Shown: in pieces, positions 17,301 to 22,963 of the stretch | Layout: the number at the start of each line of letters is the position of its first letter | Numbering within the stretch: position 1 is the first letter of the stretch | Assembly: GCA_017381715.1 (NCBI GenBank) | Contig: JAFOBR010000013.1 | Location: 12,170 to 76,169 of the forward strand | Reading direction: 5' to 3' | DNA: 64,000 bases | Source of the DNA: Clostridia bacterium | GTDB lineage: Bacteria > Bacillota > Clostridia > Oscillospirales > CAG-382 | Program-made: the position numbers and the translations under genes | The notes under the pieces: model-generated | What the model was told of the DNA's origin: nothing | Database searches by the model: none | What the model saw: only the letters and a program-made list of their open reading frames with translations

Positions 17301-17620
17301 AAAAGGACGGTGCCTTCAGCGCCCTCGTAACCGTCTTTGAGGTTAACGGTGGCAGTGCTGTCTTCCTTGTAAGCAGAAAGATCGATCACAATCTCTTTGT
17401 CCGCATTCTTTACGTCCTTGTAGATTTCAAGATAACTCGAATAGGATACCGAAGTAAGAAGTTTTTCGATCTCACTAAGCGAGGTGCGAACCAAAGAATC
17501 CGAACCGTCGACAGATTCCACTTTTGCATAAGCGCCGAGAAGAGCATAATCGCCCAACAGCATCACGCAAACAAGCAGGACCGCCATCAGTTTGGAAAAG
17601 CAGTTCTTAAACCTGGTCAT
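14318..17620 (-). CDS. Giant (~1100 aa) extracellular solute-binding protein with two N-terminal beta-rich (carbohydrate-binding-like) modules
   Basis: ATG 17620 follows GGGAGGAA; the track start at 17770 adds 50 implausible residues. The signal peptide is MTRFKNCFSKLMAVLLVCVMLLGDYALLGAYA. Two related modules end in ...EGAHTLNIETITEPMAIKKIVL and ...EGIHTIRFQVVLG. The C-terminal ~450 aa look like a family-1 sugar SBP (...PDVYMGAGQSDPVNFAIR..., ...FRQGIMPLAIADY...). Confidence 0.85.
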   Translation of the reverse strand: MTRFKNCFSKLMAVLLVCVMLLGDYALLGAYAKVESVDGSDSLVRTSLSEIEKLLTSVSYSSYLEIYKDVKNADKEIVIDLSAYKEDSTATVNLKDGYEGAEGTVLLMGDDGKIVFDIDVPETAMYSVYIEYWTGDIEVLDASGAVAAVGKSADIERIIYFDESVSFKESRSLTFTRAWKDVYTKIEDDKSKSYFDSVSDFFLDFVRDQANMSPDSDRLFPYDTNGNEAKPTKEIYGMWTGSFAYDTSGYYPNPLKYYLTEGAHTLNIETITEPMAIKKIVLKAASDTLTYDEYIAKHTAAGAKDYTGETLKIQAEYPVLTSDRTLYQINDRKSSVSEPQDSTLIRYNSIGSNKWQYVGQWIEYTIDVKESGFYSIIPRSKQEEFMGSFVSRKILIDGELPFEEAQNLRFNYSTSWRTDVLNNGVTNFKFYLEEGIHTIRFQVVLGDMSDILGRVSDSLSNLNEYYRKILMITGAEPDDTRDYKFQKLIPDVLKGFKEEAENLNQIAEEIILISGSAGDQTGTLKKVAVIVERMGKHPSEIAGYMNTLKEYTATLGTWLSDNTSQPLLLDYVAFQAVDAKAPKAEAGFFASMWAEILKFFGSFSADYNSIGSLVEKDYSDEALQECAIEVWTANSREEATIIRNLVDDSFNERYSIPVTVKLVVGGTLLPATLAGTGPDVYMGAGQSDPVNFAIRSAVYSLNSEAHGYNFNDLSKWADHPVYGEFIDDIATFDEVTKRFAPAAMVPFTLYGEAYGIADTMSFSMMFYRKDLFVELGLEVPNTWEDFYDLIYTMQSNSLDIGFPQGTGGSFIWAYQQNDDLFVTYTDEEYDAYLNQLLTQYTMDELVEMGWVYTDASGKVRPKIDGMEINLGSNTMLETFKKVCELFTDYDFPYSYSIATRFRQGIMPLAIADYTSTYNTMVIFAPEISGLWEFTPLPGTFDPETETINNSTIAAVSSLIMMRGANEKNALSAWTFMQWWSSADVQSTFGNEKIALLGPSAKYSTANIEALQKMSWSKDELDNLVAQFNAVECTPEYPGSYIIGRFTNFAFLGAYNNDDNPVEKMRSYLDDINAELTRKRQEFDLPTTETFKELGSVADDK

Positions 17621-17652
17621 TGAAAAGTTCCTCCCAAATAAATACTCAGAAA

Positions 17653-17674
17653 AATGCGTACTTCTATACGCATT
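17653..17674 (-). promoter_or_regulatory. 5'-leader stem-loop between the promoter and the SBP RBS
   Basis: AATGCGTA (17653-17660) pairs with TACGCATT (17667-17674), a perfect 8-bp stem. On the minus strand UUUUUC follows it. It starts about 10 nt after the predicted TSS, so it could be an mRNA-stabilising 5' hairpin or a weak attenuator. Confidence 0.35.
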
Positions 17675-17690
17675 ATATTCGATACTATGA

Positions 17691-17719
17691 ATAATACCAC
17701 TACTCCCCCATTTTGTCAA
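17691..17719 (-). promoter_or_regulatory. Sigma-A-type promoter of the 12-kb operon
   Basis: On the minus strand, TTGACA (17719-17714), a 17-nt spacer, then TATTAT (17696-17691). It lies about 70 nt upstream of ATG 17620. Confidence 0.5.
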
Positions 17720-17742
17720 TAGTGTATATATATGAAGGTTGT

Positions 17743-18079
17743 TTTTTGTGCGCTTTTTACCTATTTTCACTAACCGAAGAAACGCCGTTTTTAAATACTT
17801 AATATATATGTAATAAACTGCACAAAAATTTAAAGCCGTAAATTCGGGTACAATTTGATACAGCGTTCAAAATCGCGGATAGAAAAAGTTTCGCTTTCCC
17901 GCGAAATCCGTGGTTTTTTTCGGCGCACTTCTTTTTCGCCGCCTCATATATATGAAACTTTCGGTTAACAAATTGTAAACCAAAATTTCACATTCGACTT
18001 GATTGAACCGATAACGGCGTTTTTGTGCAAAATTTCGACATTTCAACGATTCGGTTCAATGTGCACCATGCACAAAAAC
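17743..18079. repeat. Cluster of short inverted repeats in the operon-upstream noncoding region
   Basis: TTTTTGTGC is at 17743-17751 and its complement GCACAAAAA at 17820-17828. GTTTTTGTGCA (18019-18029) has its perfect complement at 18069-18079. Interleaved with that pair, ATTGAACCGA (18002-18011) has its complement TCGGTTCAAT at 18051-18060. All were read directly from the sequence. Confidence 0.8.
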
Positions 18080-18180
18080 CGACTCACAATTTCGGCACTT
18101 TGCTACCCATCACAAAACATTTGTTCCGCTGTTTTTGGCTAAAATGTTTTGACATATTATATAAAAAACACCGTTCGCCA

Positions 18181-18213
18181 CAAAAAAAGAAGGAAGGCGA
18201 ACCTTCCTTCTTC
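18181..18213 (-). terminator. Rho-independent terminator after the VanY-like gene
   Basis: On the minus strand, GAAGGAAGG-ttcg-CCTTCCTTC is followed by TTTTTTTG. Confidence 0.8.
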
Positions 18214-18227
18214 ATAATGATTTGTGT

Positions 18228-19190
18228 TTAACCGGTAACGGTAATTATAAACCCATCGTAATTATTACCGGAGATGAGGTAGGCGGAATCATTGGGCACG
18301 TTAATACCGGATGTAAGTCCGTCTTCCATAGGCTGGTAATACACTTCGTAGGATTTATTCTGAACGTCGATAATCAACGGCTCTTCGGGAGTGTATTGCT
18401 TGAGCAATTCCAGATACTCTTCGAGACACAAATTGTTTTTGTACATAAAGTACGCATGGCAAACGCCCACATAACGATATATACCTTTGTGTGCAGCGTG
18501 TCCTGAAACAGCATCCTTCCCTTCGGGATATCTGAGGATGAATCCGTAGGAATAGCAATTATCAAGAAACCAAGCGAAGGTTCCTTCCCCCATGCTTCCA
18601 ACCTTGGAAGGCCATGCCATAAGTCTGACAGAATTACCAATATGGTAATCACTTGCGCCTGCAGCATCTGTGCCTTCTTTTTCCAATGCTTTTTCGTAAG
18701 AAAGATAAGCATCGTGAACAAGAACACCGGAGTTGAGACCGGATTCGGCATAGAAAGCTTCACACATCGCCTTGAGAGATTTAGCGGCAGTTGTGTTAAG
18801 GTACAATCCCGATCCGCTGAAGGAAACGTTACTGTCTTTCAGCGAAGCATAAAGATTAACCATATCTGTTTCTGCGGGAAAAGCATAGCGGTTATCCGAA
18901 TTTACCAAAATAAGCAATCCGTTATTAACCTCTGAATTATCGACGGATGCGAGAGTGAATCTTGAAGTCTCACTCTCGTCACCGAGGAATCCGGAGTTTT
19001 CGTTATCCGGTTGCGAAGGAGCCGCAGAAGACGAATTACTATCTACAGGTCCAGAAGGATTCGGCTTTTTGAACAATCCGGAACCGAACACCATAAGTGC
19101 AACAACCAAAGCGACAACTACGCAGGCGACAATGGACAACAAATATACATACATGTATCCGTCGCCGGATGAGTACTTATCTCTTGACAT
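18228..19190 (-). CDS. Membrane-anchored VanY/M15B-like D,D-carboxypeptidase homolog with apparently degenerate metal-binding motifs
   Basis: The protein is 320 aa with an N-terminal TM anchor. ...GFILRYPEGKDAVSG....YRYVG is the M15B C-terminal signature, but the expected SxHxxGxAxD reads SDYHIGNSVR and the expected EPWH reads HKGI. The RBS GGAGG is present, and the gene starts 28 nt after the nifJ stop. Confidence 0.75.
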   Translation of the reverse strand: MSRDKYSSGDGYMYVYLLSIVACVVVALVVALMVFGSGLFKKPNPSGPVDSNSSSAAPSQPDNENSGFLGDESETSRFTLASVDNSEVNNGLLILVNSDNRYAFPAETDMVNLYASLKDSNVSFSGSGLYLNTTAAKSLKAMCEAFYAESGLNSGVLVHDAYLSYEKALEKEGTDAAGASDYHIGNSVRLMAWPSKVGSMGEGTFAWFLDNCYSYGFILRYPEGKDAVSGHAAHKGIYRYVGVCHAYFMYKNNLCLEEYLELLKQYTPEEPLIIDVQNKSYEVYYQPMEDGLTSGINVPNDSAYLISGNNYDGFIITVTG

Positions 19191-19218
19191 AACAAACCTC
19201 CGTTAATTTAGGATTAAA

Positions 19219-22200
19219 CTATTTCTGTTCTGCGAGTTCCTTGTAAGTTTCGTACTTGATAGCAGCCTGTTCCTTTGCCTTTTCGAAGAGTTCTTTAGCT
19301 CTTTCGGGGAACGCCTGAACAAGACGGCTGTATCTGGTCTCGCTGCTGATAAAGTCAATATAATCTGCGGTGGGAGCCTTGGAATCCAATGTGAAGGGAT
19401 TCTTTCCGTCTGCCTTAAGGAGAGGATTGTAACGGAACATCTGCCAGTAGCCTGCGTCAACCGCACGCTTCATTTCGTTCTGGCAGTTAGCCATACCGCC
19501 CTTAACACCATGCATTTCGCAAGGAGCGTAGCCGATGATAAGAGAAGGTCCGGGATAAGCTTCTGCTTCAAGGATAGCCTTGAGAGTCTGATTCTTATCT
19601 GCGCCCATAGCGATCTGTGCAACGTAAACGTAACCGTAAGACATTGCGATAGCTGCAAGGTTCTTCTTGCCGATAGCCTTACCGGCTGCTGCAAACTGAG
19701 CTACCTGACCGATCTGAGAAGCCTTGGAAGCCTGTCCGCCGGTGTTGGAGTATACTTCGGTATCGAATACCATAATGTTTACGTCTTCGCCGGAAGCGAT
19801 AACGTGGTCAAGACCGCCGAAGCCGATATCGTATGCCCAGCCGTCACCACCAAAGATCCATACGGATTTCTTTGCAAGGTAATCCTTGTCTGCGAGAATC
19901 TTCTTGGATGCTTCGCAGCCTGCTGCGGACCATTTTTCAAGAAGCTCTACGAGAGCTGCGGTAGCAGCTTCATTTGCCTTACCGTCGTTAACGGTATTGA
20001 GATAATTATCGATCACTGCCTGATCAGCTTCGTTTTCAGCCTTAAGCTCCTTAACGTAACCGATAAGACGCTCACGAATGGTCTTCTGACCGAGGTAGAT
20101 ACCCAAGCCGTGTTCAGCGTTGTCTTCGAACAAGCTGTTAGCCCAAGCGGGACCGCGGCCGCTGTCTCTGTTTACGGTGTAAGGCGTAGCAGGTGCGGAG
20201 CCGCCCCAGATAGAAGAACATCCGGTAGCGTTGGATATATACATTCTTTCACCGAAGAGCTGGGTAATAAGACGTGCGTAAGAGGTTTCTGCACAGCCTG
20301 CGCAGGATCCGGAGAACTCGAGGAGAGGCTGCTCGAACTGGCTGCCCTTAAGAGTGTTTGCTGCAAAAGGAAGTTCCTTCTTGCTTACCTTATCTACACA
20401 GTAGTTCCAAGCTTCTGCCTGCTCGGACTGGGATTCCTGACTCTTCATAACGAGCGCCTTTTCCTTTGCGGGACAAGCGGAAACGCAGAGAGTACAGCCC
20501 ATACAGTCAAGAGGACTTACAGCCATGGTAAATACGTAGTTTTCACATCCCTTGCCTACCATCTTCTTGGTCTTTACGGAAGCGGGTGCATTTGCAGCCT
20601 CTTCTTCGTTAAGAGCGTAAGGACGGATGGTTGCATGAGGACAAACGAAAGCACACTGGTTACACTGGATACAGTTTTCGGGGATCCATTCGGGTACGTC
20701 TACTGCAACGCCGCGCTTTTCATAAGCTGCAGAACCCTGAGGGAATGTACCGTCTACGTAATCAACGAATGCGCTTACGGGGAGAGAATCGCCGTTCATC
20801 TTACCTACGGGAAGAACAACGCTTTCTACAAACTTAACAACATCGGGTCTGCCGGAAACTGCAGAAGCGGAAGCGGCGGATGCGGAAACTGTCTTCCAGG
20901 ATTCGGGAACTTCGATCTTGACAAGAGCTTCAACACCTGCGTCAATAGCCTTGTAGTTCATTTCAACTACAGCTTCGCCCTTCTTCATATAGGACTTCTT
21001 AGCCATATACTTCATATACTCTACTGCGTTTTCAATAGGCATAATGTTTGCGAGTGCGAAGAAAGCAGCCTGGAGAATGGTATTGGTTCTCTTGCCCATA
21101 CCGATCTCACGAGCCTTATCTATTGCGTTAACGGTGTAGAACTTGATATCGTTATCAGCGATATAACGCTTAACCTCTGCGGGAAGATGCTCTTCCAGCT
21201 CTTCTGCGGACCACTGGCAGTTAAGAAGGAAGGTTCCGCCGGGCTTAACGTCGTTTACGATCTTATAACCCTTGGTAATATAGCTGGGGTTATGGCAGGC
21301 GACGAAGTTTGCCTTTGTAATATAATAAGGAGATTTAATAGGCTTATCACCGAAGCGGAGGTGAGAAATGGTAACACCGCCGGTCTTCTTGGAGTCATAC
21401 TGGAAGTATGCCTGAATGAACTTTTCGGTATGGTCGCCTATAATCTTGATAGAGTTCTTGTTTGCGCCAACGGTACCGTCGCCGCCCAGGCCCCAGAATT
21501 TGCAGGAAATAGTTCCTTCGGGAGCTGTATCGGGGCAAGTCTCTTCGGGAAGAGAGAGACCGGTAACGTCATCTACGATACCGAGAGTAAAGCTGTTCTT
21601 GGGCTCTTCAGCATCAAGATTCTTAAAGGTTGCAAAGATAACGGAAGGAGGAGTATCCTTGCTTCCGAGACCGTATCTACCGCCAACGATAGTGCCGGTA
21701 AAGCCGTTCTGACGGAGAGCTGCCACAACGTCAAGGTAAAGGGGTTCGCCGAGAGAACCGGGTTCCTTGGTGCGGTCAAGCACTGCTATCTTCTTTGCGG
21801 TTGCAGGAATAGCGGAAATAAGATGCTTTGCGGAGAAAGGTCTGTAAAGTCTTACTTTGATAAGACCAACTTTTTCACCCTTTGCGGTAAGGTAATCGAT
21901 AACTTCTTCAGCTACGTCGCATACGGAGCCCATAGCAACGATAACCTTTTCTGCATCGGGAGCGCCGTAATAGTTAAAGAGCTTGTAATCGGTACCGATC
22001 TTTTCGTTTACCTTATTCATATATTCTTCCACTACTGCGGGGAAAGCTTCGTAATAAGAGTTACAAGCTTCTCTGTGCTGGAAGAAGATATCACCGTTTT
22101 CTGCGGAACCGCGGAGAACGGGATGTGCGGGATTGAGAGATCTTGCACGGAAAGCCGCAACAGCGTCTTTATCAAGCATTTCTTCAAGATCCTTGTAATC

Positions 22201-22758
22201 CCATTCTTCAATCTTCTGAATCTCGTGAGAGGTTCTGAAGCCGTCGAAATAGTTAAGAACGGGAACTCTGCCCTTTATAGCGGAAAGATGTGCAACAGCG
22301 GCAAGATCCATAACTTCCTGAGGGTTGGATTCAGCCATCATTGCGAAGCCTGTCTGACGGCAGGCATATACGTCGGAATGGTCACCGAAAATGTTGAGTG
22401 CGTGGGTAGCTACGCAACGTGCGGAGCAGTGGATAACGCAAGGCAACAATTCACCGGCGATCTTATACATATTGGGGATCATGAGAAGCAGACCCTGGGA
22501 AGCAGTGAAAGTGGTAGTAAGAGCACCTGCTGCAAGAGAACCGTGAACGGTACCTGCGGCACCTGCTTCGGACTGCATTTCAACAACCTTAACCTCATCA
22601 CCGAAGACATTCTTCTGACCTGATGCGGACCAAGCGTCTGTGAGTTCAGCCATTACGCTGGAAGGGGTAATGGGATAAATAGCGGCAACTTCGGTAAACG
22701 CATACGCTACGTGAGCGGCAGCTGTATTACCGTCCATTGACCTTTTGTTTCTGGACAT
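19219..22758 (-). CDS. nifJ: Pyruvate:ferredoxin (flavodoxin) oxidoreductase
   Basis: The protein is 1179 aa, with N-terminus ...MDGNTAAAHVAYAFTEVAAIYPITPSS.... It has two ferredoxin-type CxxCxxCxxxCP motifs (CIQCNQCAFVCP, CMGCTLCVSACP) and a TPP-binding GGDGWAYDIG motif. Confidence 0.97.
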   Translation of the reverse strand: MSRNKRSMDGNTAAAHVAYAFTEVAAIYPITPSSVMAELTDAWSASGQKNVFGDEVKVVEMQSEAGAAGTVHGSLAAGALTTTFTASQGLLLMIPNMYKIAGELLPCVIHCSARCVATHALNIFGDHSDVYACRQTGFAMMAESNPQEVMDLAAVAHLSAIKGRVPVLNYFDGFRTSHEIQKIEEWDYKDLEEMLDKDAVAAFRARSLNPAHPVLRGSAENGDIFFQHREACNSYYEAFPAVVEEYMNKVNEKIGTDYKLFNYYGAPDAEKVIVAMGSVCDVAEEVIDYLTAKGEKVGLIKVRLYRPFSAKHLISAIPATAKKIAVLDRTKEPGSLGEPLYLDVVAALRQNGFTGTIVGGRYGLGSKDTPPSVIFATFKNLDAEEPKNSFTLGIVDDVTGLSLPEETCPDTAPEGTISCKFWGLGGDGTVGANKNSIKIIGDHTEKFIQAYFQYDSKKTGGVTISHLRFGDKPIKSPYYITKANFVACHNPSYITKGYKIVNDVKPGGTFLLNCQWSAEELEEHLPAEVKRYIADNDIKFYTVNAIDKAREIGMGKRTNTILQAAFFALANIMPIENAVEYMKYMAKKSYMKKGEAVVEMNYKAIDAGVEALVKIEVPESWKTVSASAASASAVSGRPDVVKFVESVVLPVGKMNGDSLPVSAFVDYVDGTFPQGSAAYEKRGVAVDVPEWIPENCIQCNQCAFVCPHATIRPYALNEEEAANAPASVKTKKMVGKGCENYVFTMAVSPLDCMGCTLCVSACPAKEKALVMKSQESQSEQAEAWNYCVDKVSKKELPFAANTLKGSQFEQPLLEFSGSCAGCAETSYARLITQLFGERMYISNATGCSSIWGGSAPATPYTVNRDSGRGPAWANSLFEDNAEHGLGIYLGQKTIRERLIGYVKELKAENEADQAVIDNYLNTVNDGKANEAATAALVELLEKWSAAGCEASKKILADKDYLAKKSVWIFGGDGWAYDIGFGGLDHVIASGEDVNIMVFDTEVYSNTGGQASKASQIGQVAQFAAAGKAIGKKNLAAIAMSYGYVYVAQIAMGADKNQTLKAILEAEAYPGPSLIIGYAPCEMHGVKGGMANCQNEMKRAVDAGYWQMFRYNPLLKADGKNPFTLDSKAPTADYIDFISSETRYSRLVQAFPERAKELFEKAKEQAAIKYETYKELAEQK

Positions 22759-22787
22759 AATAACAACCTCCTATTTTCATTCAGCTT

Positions 22788-22816
22788 ATAATAACACTTT
22801 TTTATCAATCTGTAAA
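22788..22816 (-). promoter_or_regulatory. Sigma-A-type promoter of nifJ
   Basis: On the minus strand, TTTACA (22816-22811), a 17-nt spacer, then TGtTATTAT (extended -10, 22796-22788). Confidence 0.5.
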
Positions 22817-22907
22817 GATGATTTTCGCTTTTTCCAAAAATTTTGTTATTAAACAGCGTATAAGGTAAAATAAAAAAAGACAAATTATGAATTTTCTGTG
22901 TGAAATC

Positions 22908-22936
22908 TTGATTAAAATAAATATATGTGATATTAT
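22908..22936 (+). promoter_or_regulatory. Candidate promoter of comM/yifB
   Basis: TTGATT (22908-22913), a 17-nt spacer, then TGaTATTAT (22928-22936). Confidence 0.4.
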
Positions 22937-22963
22937 AAAGTGAAGTTTTTTGCGGAGGTCGTT

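Noticed and set aside
17888-17920. Hairpin TTTCGC-tttccc-GCGAAA followed by a T7 run, considered as a + strand terminator.
   Set aside because: The stem is only 6-7 bp, and the T-run is separated from it by 7 nt. No + strand gene lies upstream to terminate.
5128-18227. The 12-kb operon considered as a mobile genomic island.
   Set aside because: I found no integrase, transposase, tRNA target, flanking direct repeats or obvious compositional break. Only the truncated GNAT hints at rearrangement, so I kept this as a low-interest inference.
18025-18231. A 68-aa + ORF in the large noncoding region, considered as a possible small regulator gene.
   Set aside because: It has no RBS and starts inside the inverted-repeat cluster. 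It runs through the strong terminator hairpin (18181-18213) into the convergent gene, and its sequence is basic and low-complexity.
19510-22623. A 1037-aa + strand ORF, the longest + strand ORF in this region.
   Set aside because: It is exactly codon-aligned antisense to nifJ, whose PFOR identity is unambiguous. It has no RBS, and its composition is Cys/Phe/Val-rich and low-complexity. It is open only because nifJ lacks TTA, CTA and TCA codons.
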